DNA of 26,041 nt, taken from Tubiluchus corallicola. Lineage: Eukaryota > Animalia > Priapulida. Positions 11,716 through 22,442 of the stretch are shown here, one piece after another; the stretch's first letter is position 1, and every line of letters begins with the position of its first letter. The position numbers were made by a program, and so were the translations under genes. Location of the stretch: NCBI GenBank assembly GCA_030141605.1, contig JAQGDQ010001772.1, positions 1-26,041 of the forward strand, read 5' to 3'. The notes beneath the pieces were generated by a model. The model saw only the letters and a list, made by a program, of their open reading frames with translations. It made no database searches and was not told the origin of the DNA.

Positions 11716-12532
11716 TTAAGAACGAGTCCGCGAGAGCACCATGCAGAGGGTGGCACATGAGGGCTCACGAATTTATATCATTTTTTTCTAACATGAAGGG
11801 CGACCTCTCAAAACCATGTAACCAAGATATCAAATCGATCGAGCTACTATTGGCAGAGAAATGACCACATCAAAAAATTGACCTCAAAAAAGGCAAAAAA
11901 TCGCTATTTTGGGGGGTTATTTTAACATATATAAACGATTGTAGATGGGTCGATGTAAGTTGGCTGGTACATAGACCCAGACATTGTCTTCTGATATCCT
12001 AAACTTTTTCTGACATACTATTAATAGTATCAGAGAACGGGATTTTTCAAATTCGACTCTTTGTTAAGAGTCTAGGGAGAGGTTAAGTTGTAAGGCTCAT
12101 AATTCGCCCACTGCGGGGCTACAGAACTTCTGGTTTTCATGTATGTATTAACCATCATCCTCACTAACAATATAAAAAAGAAAATTCGCTGGAGCCTGTT
12201 TCAGTATTTAGTACTGGTACTTTAAAATTTCACAAAAATCAGCAAAATTCGCCTTTTTTGTAGTTTTTCAATATTTTTTCTATCTATATGCTGGATTATA
12301 AGTGACAAATCTGTATTCTAAATTTCATGAAAACGCACGAGGTGAGATAATATCATGAATGACATTATATAAAGGGGGCACTGTTAGAAAAAATTGCCAT
12401 ATATACACACTTTTTTACTTTCCATAGTAATTCCATCGATGTGTAAAAAGTAGACATAGTTGGCTCAGGTCGTATATGACAGTAGACATTTAGCCACGTT
12501 TAACCTTCATTTTCTGTGACTAGTGCTCTAAT
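11716..12532. mobile_element. Possible non-autonomous Helentron/HINE-like element
   Basis: Left end TTAAGAACGAGTCCGCGAGAGCAC and right end GTGCTCTAATT share the short inverted repeat AGAGCAC/GTGCTCT, subterminal on the left and terminal on the right. The interior is non-coding. Confidence 0.35.
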
Positions 12533-12661
12533 TTCCTATTAGCAATACATTCTTTGATAGATGGAAATTGCTCGAAATTTGCGAACTTCATCTTAAATTG
12601 GTTTAGTTATGTCGGAATTTTCATATGACCTCAAATATGAATAATTGCCTCTGGATTTCAG

Positions 12662-12804
12662 GACAGGACATCATGCATGCCCCTAGTACCGAGTCCGACC
12701 CTGATTCAGGACTCCGAATCGCCAATGGGTACCAGGAAAGACTAAACAATAAGCACTCTAATAGAAAAGAAGTGCCGATTGTTAAGATTGAGAGTCATTG
12801 CTAG
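12662..12804 (+). other. Candidate terminal coding exon (QDIMHAPSTESDPDSGLRIANGYQERLNNKHSNRKEVPIVKIESHC*)
   Basis: TTTCAG acceptor at 12656-12661, a locally GC-richer open frame to TAG at 12802, then AT-rich UTR-like sequence. The pyrimidine tract is weak. Confidence 0.3.
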
Positions 12805-14116
12805 CGAAAGAATCTGACAACACTTGGTATATACATAAGAAATAGAAATCCGTTCATTTTTACACATCCGTTCATTTTTTATACTTTTTATATGAATAAG
12901 CTTCATGGCTATACATGGAAGATTATGAATATCAGTACAAAAATGAAAAACTACAAAAGTCCAAAATACAGTTCCTATTGTAGCAGCATAATCCTATCAC
13001 TCAGGAGTAGTACAAGTAATCAAAACCATAATATCTAAACAATAGAGAAATAATTATCGATGCAGGTAGATTATCACTAGAAGATAGATACAGAAATATA
13101 GACCAATATATCATGGGGAAAGTGATAAAGTGAAAATCTTACAGCTAACCATGAGACAATATAAGCGTATTAGCTCAGAAAATTTTTCTTTGCCCAAAAG
13201 TTATTTGTGGCACAAAATCGATACTTCTGACAAAAATATTAATAGTGTGATTGAATGATTGGGCCAATGGCGCAAAAATTTTCGATGTTTTACAGTCAAA
13301 AATCATCGGACAAATGATATTTTGGGGGAAGTCTGTCCCATATTTTTTTGGGCATTCGATCAGATTTAGGACAATTTTCTTTGTGTCCTGGCTTGTACCC
13401 TATGTAAGACAATGAGTAATAACTAGGTAATAACCTGTACATAACATTTGCAAAGCATAGAAAATAAACAGTACATGAAACATTTGCCAGTCCTTGCAAG
13501 AAGCAATTTCCATTCCGTAGATATTTCATTTTTTAAGATTGGAAGCGCTCTAAATGCCGTCCAGTGTCTTTAGTACAGGCTAATAGATTCACAATATTCG
13601 TTTCGTGCGGATAACTAGTCAGAATACCGCATTTAACGCAGGTAAATAGCCCAGAAAACAAACATTTTAGTTCAGCAGTGGCCGCCATCTTGAACGATGG
13701 AGTCCAATCCTGTCGGTAGTTTAACCAATGTGCTGGCCAGGCCCCTAGTTGCCAAATATGAAATTTTATGATGTTTTGAAGTATTTTGACAAGATTTGAC
13801 AACTCATGTTTACCTACACGAAGCTTTTTGCTGAACGTTGTTACCTATATTTTCACCCAGTCACAATGAATTGTAGTTTAATCAAAACACACATATCAAG
13901 CAATAAATTTTAGACAAAAGCGTCAAGATAAGAAAAATAATAAAATGGTTTTCTTGAATCATTCAAAATTGATAAAACAAATTATTTGCCACCCAAAGAG
14001 TTGAGTTTATAGATGACAGGAGGAGACAAGAGACAGAAAAAAGTGGGAACAAAATTTCAGGGAACTCATAGTAATAAACCAGAGTAGTAAATGTTTCATT
14101 TCTATTTTACTTCATA

Positions 14117-14240
14117 TTTTTACTTCAAGGCATTTTGCAATATATTGGTGCAATCTCGTTAAGCAGAAACGTCATATAATGGATGATACACGTGCTCGGG
14201 ATCATAAATTAAATCTACGAGGTTCTTGAACAAACCAACA
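14117..14240 (+). repeat. Diverged duplicated non-coding block D1 (paralog at 15864-16002)
   Basis: Shares TTTTACTTCAAGGC, GCAATCT, AAGCAGAAAC, TATAATGGATGAT, ATCATAA and GAGGTTCTTGA, in the same order, with D2. Confidence 0.85.
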
Positions 14241-14270
14241 GCTCAAGGCGACTCAACATAGTTGCTCACT

Positions 14271-14325
14271 TACTGACTAACTAACTGACTGGCTGACTGA
14301 CTGACAGGCAAGTGACTGACCGCCT
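14271..14325. repeat. Degenerate (ACTG/ACTA)n microsatellite
   Basis: actgactaactaactgactggctgactgactgac... Confidence 0.8.
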
Positions 14326-14619
14326 AACAGTCTGCTTGAGTGGCTAATTGATTAACTCGGTATGCAGGAAGCAGACTCATTGAGTGACTTTCTGGTTGAC
14401 TAATTATTTTGAGGCAGCAGTTAGGTAAATAGAAACGGAGATAATGGAGTTTGTACCACCATCAAACATTGTCATAAAAAATTAATATGTTTAGAAATGT
14501 TAAACATGTCCCGTGGGACCACATTTTTTTAGAATTCGAATAAAAAGGATTAAAATATTTTAAAATCAATAAAAAATAAATTCCACTGGCATTAATTTTA
14601 AATCTGGAATAATTTATAA

Positions 14620-14665
14620 CATCATCACTGTCACCATCATCATCATCGTCGTCGTCGTCATCGCC
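14620..14665. repeat. (CAT/CGT)n microsatellite
   Basis: atcatcactgtcaccatcatcatcatcgtcgtcgtcgtcatcg. Confidence 0.85.
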
Positions 14666-14692
14666 GTTTCGGTTTTTCAAATAATAACAATA

Positions 14693-14892
14693 ATAAATCA
14701 ACACGAGCAGTATCAGAAGGATATTTACCTTGAGATGCCAATTTGGCCAGTAACCTTTTTTACTATTTCACATTACAACGCTCAATACCTACGAGACGCA
14801 TCATAAATAACACAGAACCCGCCTTTCCCTGATTTCAGTTGACAAGATTTATGATGTTGGTGCCGACAAAGGCAAGGCAATGAACGACCTTC
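14693..14892 (+). promoter_or_regulatory. Conserved non-coding module, copy A (putative enhancer/promoter)
   Basis: Motifs ATTTACCTTGA, TTGGCCAGTAACCTT, CGAGACGCATCATAAAT, TGATTTCAGTTGAC and AAGGCAATGAACGACCTTC are shared with copies B and C. The frames I translated contain stops. The repeat is certain; the regulatory function is inferred. Confidence 0.55.
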
Positions 14893-15863
14893 GCATAAAA
14901 CTAGTAGCTATTAAAATGATAAAATCTTGAAAACGCTCGGGGCTTTTTATACTTTCCAGAAACAGGTAAGAATTTTTTTATTCCAGCTAAAACACTGGTT
15001 TTTGTTTCTTTCTTTATTCATTTTTCTCTTTCATCTCTTTTCATTTCTTTTTCCTTTCGTTTCCTTCACTTTTTGTTACATAAATTTTTATTGTCATTGA
15101 CTCAAAATATAAATCATGAGTGCCTTCAGCAATGTGCTTTAGTAATAGTTGCCAGTTTAAGTGGAAAGATTAAAAACTGTCCAAGTGATGAATCGTGACT
15201 GGATTTCAAAATGTTTTAATGGATTTTTTTCACACACTAAACACTTATTGAGAGCTAAAGTTTGTGACATTTACCTGGAGGACATGTCTGAGATTTCTGA
15301 AAGTTTTGTAGACTAATGTTACATGACAGTAGCAAGAGATAAAATTCAAATAAATTCCAAAGTCTGTTCCCACGGCTATAGAAATGAAATAACAGCGTTT
15401 ACTGGCGGCTAATATATAAATTTGCTGGAGGCTGATGTCTTATCCTACATGACAGTGTCTAGAGTGAAGATTAATACCTGTGTGTCAGTACTCAGTATTC
15501 AATGTCAGTACCTATTACATTTTATGCCGACAGCTAGTAAAATTGATTAATAAAGCAGAGAAAAACTTGCTATATTTTGAGTGCAATAAACTCAGCACCG
15601 TCCAAGGACATTTCAAAGCGTTGCATTAGGAGACATCAATGACTGAAGATAGATGGTTGACTTTTGAGACAAACAAACATTTGTTCATTTTTCTTTTTAT
15701 TGCTGTTGCTGTTACTTCTAAAATTGCACAAACGATTACAAGTTTCTTAAAAAATAATTTATTCTGAGATTTTTTTCAGAATGAATTTTGAGGTGCATTT
15801 AAATTTTTACACTACGGACTTTAGAAAGCTTTAATTCTTTTACTTTTCAAATTTGCATTATAG

Positions 15864-16002
15864 TTTTACTTCAAGGCTATTCGTTGGCTTTTCTCTGTTG
15901 AAAAAGGTCATAAATATTTTGTCGCAATCTGTTCAAGCAGAAACATCTTATAATGGATGATGCAGAATCATAATTTAAGTCTGAGGTTCTTGACCAAAAC
16001 AA
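15864..16002 (+). repeat. Diverged duplicated non-coding block D2
   Basis: Collinear with 14117-14240. Confidence 0.85.
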
Positions 16003-16027
16003 TATATACTGCAAAATCTTCTCAACA

Positions 16028-16028
<1 letters not shown>

Positions 16029-16075
<47 letters not shown>

Positions 16076-16151
16076 CATCATCATCATCAACATTATTATT
16101 ATTATTATTATTGTCGTCGTCATCATCATCATCATCATCATTATTATTATT
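16029..16151. repeat. Compound (ATT)n/(ATC)n/(GTC)n microsatellite
   Basis: Read directly from the sequence. Confidence 0.97.
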
Positions 16152-16697
16152 AAGATTTTGCAGTTATTATTAAAATATTGCAATACTTGCAAAATCTTAG
16201 TTTCTAACTGTTGAGGAAGCAAGAAATCAAGAATTCATGAGAATGGACATGTTAGCGGGCCTTAACATGCGTTCCCAATTTGTGCATTGTGAAGACAATT
16301 GGGATTATCATAAATAATAAAAAAAACCATAATTTAACTTTATGATCATCAGTTTATTGGAAATTACATTCTTGCATTTACTACCGGAAAATTACATTTG
16401 CATACAATAATTGGAAACATTTTAATATTCAAATGTTTAATCATACAACTTCCCTAACTTAGTATGAAAAATGATGTTATTTGGCGTTCAAATAAGGCAA
16501 GATCATTCAGCTGTCTTAACTTGGAATAAATGTCTTCAGTGTGAAGATTTTTTAACTCTAAATGAGCATTATACTTTCAGAACATGTACAAAGTTGCTTA
16601 TTGTTTCACATGTAAAACTTTCTTATTTAAACTGACTCCACATTTATCACAGCGTTTATAACTATAATGCTGAAAGCATTCAATTTTTATCTTATGT

Positions 16698-16881
16698 GAA
16701 GGTCGTTCATTGCCTTTATTCTAAATGTAATTGTGAATTGTTACATCACGTCAAATGAAATCATATAAAATTCACATTCCAAGTTTTTGATGGTGCGCCT
16801 CGTACGTGTGAGGAATTCCAATTCAAAACGCTGGAAAGTTTACTGGCCAATAAAACAGCTCAAAGTAGATCTATATTTCTG
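16698..16881 (-). promoter_or_regulatory. Conserved non-coding module, copy B (inverted, most diverged)
   Basis: GAAGGTCGTTCATTGCCTT (16698), GTCAAATGAAATCA (16750), TGCGCCTCGTACGTGT (16794), TTACTGGCCAA (16840) and TCAAAGTAGAT are the reverse complements of the A/C motifs. Confidence 0.55.
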
Positions 16882-17377
16882 GAAGCGTTTTTGTAAAGTG
16901 GCATTTGCTTTTTTTTATTTTGCTGCTGGAGTATTACGTTAGCTTAGTTAATCTTATCTTAGTTTACTTTGCATAATAGTTTAGCATGTATCGCATTTTC
17001 ATAGTAATTAAATTGCAGAATTTGCTTTTCAGTTTAATTTCTTTTATCTGCTGCTTTTAAATTGCCATGTAAACTTATGATTATCAATTGAAACTCGTTG
17101 TATATATGATTGTATTTCAAGTAATTATGCATTTAAATGATTATAAAGTATTTTTTTATTTTGTCTAACATTTAAGTTGTATCTTAGTGAACAATTTTGT
17201 CTACGGATTTTAGTGGTCACAGAGTGGCGAAACTTTTAAATTTACAAATAAGTTTTTTCATTGGTTTTGCGCGTAGCATAAATATTTTTAACTTATTGCT
17301 TATAAAGCAAAGTGTGAGGTGGGAAATTGCTCAAATACTGTAACCAAAAGTAGAATCGTTGTACGCTGACTATTTCA

Positions 17378-17602
17378 TACACATGCACATACACCCGCAT
17401 GTAAATTGCACACACCACACACGCATTCATGCACACATCATCTTACATAAACACACACTCAAATCACACATGCACATTATGTAGCACATACGCCCGCACG
17501 TAATGCGCACACACCACACATGTATTCATGCACACATTATCTCGCGCACACACACACATACACACACTCAAACTACGCATCCATTCACGCATACCCGCAC
17601 AT
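17378..17602. repeat. CA-rich low-complexity tract with ~99-bp internal duplication
   Basis: GCACATACACCCGCA at ~17385 and GCACATACGCCCGCA at ~17484, with collinear downstream sequence. Confidence 0.85.
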
Positions 17603-18102
17603 TATATAGGTTTGCACGTAAAGACATTATTTGAGACGTTTATACGAATAGTTGTAGTAAACCCAGATAAGGGAATTCGATCTCATCATTAATCTTCCGT
17701 CTAGACTTCCATCTCTCTTGTGCATTATAGGCGTTACCAGCATCACAGAAATGTCCTCGGGGGAAGCTTTAGCTCACAATGTAATAAACTTTAATTCAGC
17801 ATAGGTGTTCGCACTTGTCAAAGAGTAAAACCGCTAAAAGATTTTAAACTCCAGCCCTGCATTTTCATGAACGTGAAGTTATTGGAAACTTGTGAAACAC
17901 GGCATGCAGAATGAAGGTCACTTGTAAAATATGCATGGAACAGCACCTGGTATACTACATCCTAGTAAAAAATAATGAATTGAAGAGAGAAAACAAATGA
18001 CGGATGAACACGTTATTTAGTAAACAAAAATACTTGCTATGTTTCAGTTTTTTCAGAAGAATTCTACTGTATAATACTGCTGGTTTATCATAACTCTGTA
18101 AC

Positions 18103-18303
18103 ATAAACAACACAGAAACATCAGAAAAACATTTACCTTGAAATGTTACTTTGGCCAGTAACCTTTTCTACTATTTTAGATTAGAACACTGAACACGTGC
18201 GAGGCGCATCATAAATAATAAAGAATCAACTTTCCCCTGATTTCAGTTGACAAGATTTATGATTTTATTGTTGCCGACAAAGGCAAGGCAATGAACGACC
18301 TTC
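18103..18303 (+). promoter_or_regulatory. Conserved non-coding module, copy C
   Basis: Closely similar to copy A, including identical runs CCCTGATTTCAGTTGACAAGATTTATGAT and TGCCGACAAAGGCAAGGCAATGAACGACCTTC. Confidence 0.55.
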
Positions 18304-18354
18304 AAAACTGGTACGTACTTAAACTCGGGAACCTAAAAACTACTTTTTAACGTT

Positions 18355-18410
18355 TTTGTTGTTTGTGTTGCTGTTGCGGTTGCTGTTGTTGTTGTTGCTG
18401 TTGTTGTAGT
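18355..18410. repeat. Degenerate (GTT/GCT)n microsatellite
   Basis: Read directly from the sequence. Confidence 0.8.
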
Positions 18411-19175
18411 TAATTTATCGCTTACTTTAGGGTTATTTCGCTGTTTAAGCTTTGGTAACCAATATGCAAATTTGAGTTTGTTAAAAGAAATGTGTAAACG
18501 AAGAGAGGTTATCTTAAATACAGTTTTGTAAGTTTTTTTTGTTTGTTTTTCACAATATTCTGAATGCCGCAGTTGATTTACTGTAGCCACTTTTTGAGGT
18601 TTTTGTAAAACAAAAAATAAGACCCCGTGGCTCAGCAAGCAAGATATTTATACCCAGTGCTTCAAAAAATTAATTAATCTATTTAATTATGTATTTTTAT
18701 ATAAAATATTCACTGAAATTTTAAATTGATTTGAACTTTGGATAGCGGCCATTTTAGTTTCTATTTTTATTAATCCAAAGTAACATGGCTCAGCAAGAAA
18801 AATATCTAAATCCATCTTCTCAAAATCTACTTTTAGTTTATACAAATATCTCAATACAATTTCGAAATTATTTAGCAACATAATTCATGCAAAATAAAAA
18901 TTATTTCCATTTATTCATGCAAAGACAATAAAACAAATTAATATAAACTAACATGACAAAATGTCATTATATTTTTATAAATCATTACCATCATCGCAAT
19001 TATTGCAAAAAAATAAATTCATTTTGATTGTAAAGATCACAGGGCCTCTAGCTAAGAAGACACTGTGCTGCCATCTCTTCGCAAAAACCAAAATTACATT
19101 TTTGTCTGATTTTCTAGTAAACTTTTCTATGTTTACAGTCATATAATCTGTTGTTAAGTTAAGGTAAAATTAACT

Positions 19176-19335
19176 GAACCAATAAGCTTACGTTACGCCA
19201 AGATACGACCAATCAACTGCTGGTGTTGATGCACCAATGAACACATGTGGGCGTGAGTATTCAGAGGCAGTAACTTATGGGCGTGGTTTCTTTAACATAT
19301 TTAACCGCAAAAGGAGCGCTGCTTACTTCTCAACA
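19176..19335 (+). promoter_or_regulatory. RNA polymerase II promoter (3x CCAAT, 2x GC box, TATA-like)
   Basis: CCAAT at 19179, 19209 and 19234, all preceded by A; GGGCGTG at 19249 and 19279; TATTTAA at 19298; pyrimidine-rich Inr-like sequence ~25-30 nt downstream; splice donors CAG|GTAATA (19411) and GTGAGT (19452). Confidence 0.65.
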
Positions 19336-20837
19336 CTGTAAACTCAACACTGCGCAAAAATTGCTGTGAATAAAACACTGTCTTGATCTTTTCATTTTTA
19401 ATCTGCACAGGTAATACAGAAGTCAGGTTTTGCAAAATTATTTTTGTAAATGTGAGTTTCTCACCTTATTTGGTGCAAATATCTCGTGAGTTGATTTTAA
19501 TGGCATTTCACTATACTTTTGTTGTGTTAATATTTTCTGAATTTCATCTAATTTCTTATGTGCAATATGTGAATTTTTGTGGGTAACAGAGCATTCAACG
19601 TTTTTGTGAAATATTTATGAACCAAGTGAATTGGATATTAACTGAGCGCCGATGTGAATAAAATGTCGATGCAGCATTCTTTTGCTTTTTCTAACGGTAA
19701 GGTCAACTTGCTGAATTACCCCTAAAAAATGCAAGAAAACGTTTTTTGGTGTTAGACCAAATTAGACCAAAATTTTATGCACTGTAAAGGGATTAATTGT
19801 GACGTTAAAAATATGCCACCATTTTTTCCAAAATTAATAGGTAGGATTTAGTCCAGGATGATGAAAAAATGCTCACATTGATTCAAAAGCATGAAATTTT
19901 TGCACAGTGCCAGAGCTCATTAAGTTAATTAATTTTCATTATTGAGTCAATTGATTTTTTTCAATGGCTGCAAGTTTCGAGATGGCTGGCAATATGTCTG
20001 CTGCTAGCTTATAAGGGTAATATCTTGACTGTCAGAACATACATGATAATGTTTTGGTGTCATAAGTTATAAGTTTATTTATTTCCACTCTGCATTTAAC
20101 AGTTATAATAAAAGTACAGATAATTTCACTGAAGTAAATATAAATATAAATACAATATTCTCCAGAAATTACAAAAGATGTTCTTATGCAGCATATACAT
20201 GTGCAAATTACATTACAGAATAATTTTGATGCATACAGTTTGAGCCTAAAAGCATAGCTTGACAGGCCAAACTGTACGTGGAAATCTTAAAGAAGTGATT
20301 AATAATTGAAATAATGATAATATATACATAAAGGTGTCGGGGAGTAGTGAATGAGAGATGAAATGGAGTGAGAAAGATGAAATGGAGCGATAACTAGTCC
20401 ATATATAGGTTCTCAAGAAATCCACATCTGATGCTTGAATGCCCCTATAATACCACTCCAAGATGGCGGCTAAGATGGCGGCAAACTTTGCACAAAATAA
20501 CGGAATTGGTCATTATAGTCAAATAGCAGCCATCTTTTTTGACGTCATAATGGACCCTTCGCAGTGATCAAATTTCGGCCTAATTTGGTATGATATTCTC
20601 TGTACAAATATTACCAGAATTTACCAAATATTAACACAAAAGCGTTTTCTTGTAATCTTTGAGAATTAAGGCTATTTTTTCCATTATATTGACACTACTA
20701 TAAAGTGATTGAATTTCTTATTTCACTTCAATTCGAGCTGTTATCAAAAGCAAATGCCTAATGTTTCAAAGCCTGATATTCCATGCTTGCAATGTGATTC
20801 TTTATTTTTATACAATTTTGATATATGTATAAACGTC

Positions 20838-20918
<81 letters not shown>
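20838..20918. repeat. Perfect (AAT)27 microsatellite
   Basis: Read directly from the sequence. Confidence 0.98.
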
Positions 20919-20920
<2 letters not shown>

Positions 20921-20965
20921 CGTAAATATTACACCTCGCCAGAGGACTTATTTTGCTTGTTAATT

Positions 20966-21130
20966 ATTTCGCCAGTCACTCTGTCGTTATACATATAAGA
21001 AATAGTCCTAAATACAGGCAGTACACATATATACAGTGTACACTTTGCCATGGCATCGTTCTGCCAGATATCATTTCTGTAGTGTACCATTTCGTCAGAT
21101 AACTGTTTTGCCAGTCTATTCCTTCGCTAT
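20966..21130 (-). repeat. Degenerate 16-bp minisatellite (TTTYGCCAG core), inverted relative to 22443-22730
   Basis: CCA/TCA cores at 21048, 21064, 21095 and 21111; ATTTCGCCAGT at ~20966. Confidence 0.6.
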
Positions 21131-21489
21131 TGCTTAAGTAGAGATGGTGTTTCAAAGTTTCCAATGAATATAACTACGTTTAGCCTCGTTTCATTGGCTG
21201 AAAATAATGGAATATTAAATAGCTTATGACTTATTGTTTTGTTTTAACAGTTTAGAAATCTTTAGCATTTGCGTTAATATTGTTTCAAAAAATGCCATTT
21301 ATTAAAATTTTCTCAGGAAAACAACAAAAACCAAAAACAGGATAAAGAAAATGTCTACTGTTTATAATGTTTGTAGCTGCTGTTTGTTGTTGTTTTGTTA
21401 TGACAGCGACTGTGTGGCTCGTGATTGGCATAGCAACCTACCAAAGCTTTTTAAATAAAACTGCATATTTATTAAACATAGACGCAGTA

Positions 21490-21780
21490 TAAATAGTGAG
21501 AAAAACATGCTAACTCTCAGGCTCCCAAGTCAGATTAGCTAGAGGTGCTGGCTACAATTCCTTTTGTTTAATTACCTAGCGCACTGGGCTTCTGCGCATA
21601 GCAGTTACATTATCTATCTACAGTCGTGAAGAATCCTTCTAAATGGGTCAAGCATCACGTGGTACGCCACACCGAGGTTCTGGCTTGAATCTTTAATTTA
21701 ATATTTAACCTTGAATCATCAAATTGATATTTTAATCTTTAATCATCAATTTGATATTTTAATCTTGAATCATCAATTTA
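21490..21780 (+). mobile_element. Old SINE-like element with a tandem-repeat tail
   Basis: Degenerate tRNA-like head (GAGGTGCTGGCTACAATTCC resembles a T-arm/B box), a GC-richer body, and a tail of ~27-bp units CTTGAATCATCAAWTTGATATTTTAAT at 21684, 21710, 21737 and 21764. Confidence 0.4.
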
Positions 21781-22442
21781 AAACACGCACTCTTTAAACT
21801 CTGCCTTTCTCGACGTTCTCAGCAAATACTCTGTCTTTATAGAAGACAAAAAAGACGTCATATAGAGGGCACCAATGAAGTGCATAAAATTGAGATTAAT
21901 ATCCCAGACCCCTTGATCATAGTCACATGGGTCACAGGCACTTGAGGTCTACTATAAATGTCCCATATTTGATCAAAGTACCAAGCCTTCGTTTTGAGTT
22001 ATCAATTAAAATATGTGTCATTGTGATGTAAACAATAACTCTTTAAACATGAAATTTTCTAAATGCGTTTGTATTTCCGGTGTGTAAAATATTTATCACA
22101 AATTTCTAGCTGAACAAAAACCGTCTTGCCATTTTAGCGTCATACTTCAAATTCTGTGTTTGTAAAGGAGATCAAATGGTGCGAACTTGTCACTCTCTTA
22201 TGAATTCTTCTTTGCACAATCATTTTAAATCAGTCACATTTGAAGATTTACGTGTCAAATAATACGGTAGGCAAAAGAGCACTTCATAAATTGTATTTGT
22301 CCTATTTCTAATATTCTCTGTTGAAATAAGACTAATGAAGTTATATGCTGGCAAAATATACCACTGTTTCTATGTATGTTGTAGTATTTCCAACATGAAT
22401 TATCAAAGTGGACTGTCGTCAGAGTCAAAGTCAAAGTAAAAT

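Noticed and set aside
12650-12745. HDV-like ribozyme (ends GCCAATGGGTAC)
   Set aside because: P1 and P3 cannot be formed cleanly and P2 has a mismatch.
14729-14888. Modules A/B/C as a duplicated protein-coding exon (lengths 160/163/163)
   Set aside because: All three frames of A on the GT-AG strand contain stops, and the conservation pattern is blocky rather than codon-like.
15955-15990. C/D-box snoRNA (ATGATG..CTGA)
   Set aside because: Only ~30 nt long, and the boxes are not conserved in paralog D1.
15957-16222. Poly-Ile/Met ORFs (also poly-Asn 20709-20963, poly-Asp 14462-14704, poly-Thr 18333-18638)
   Set aside because: Artefacts of trinucleotide microsatellites.
20455-20485. Tandem AAGATGGCGGC (YY1-like) sites, also at 13681
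   Set aside because: This word is common inside invertebrate non-autonomous elements and there is no other promoter context.
21508-21552. Twister ribozyme (TAACTCT..TCCCAAG..AGAGG)
   Set aside because: P4 and the pseudoknot pairings are missing; a degenerate SINE head fits better.
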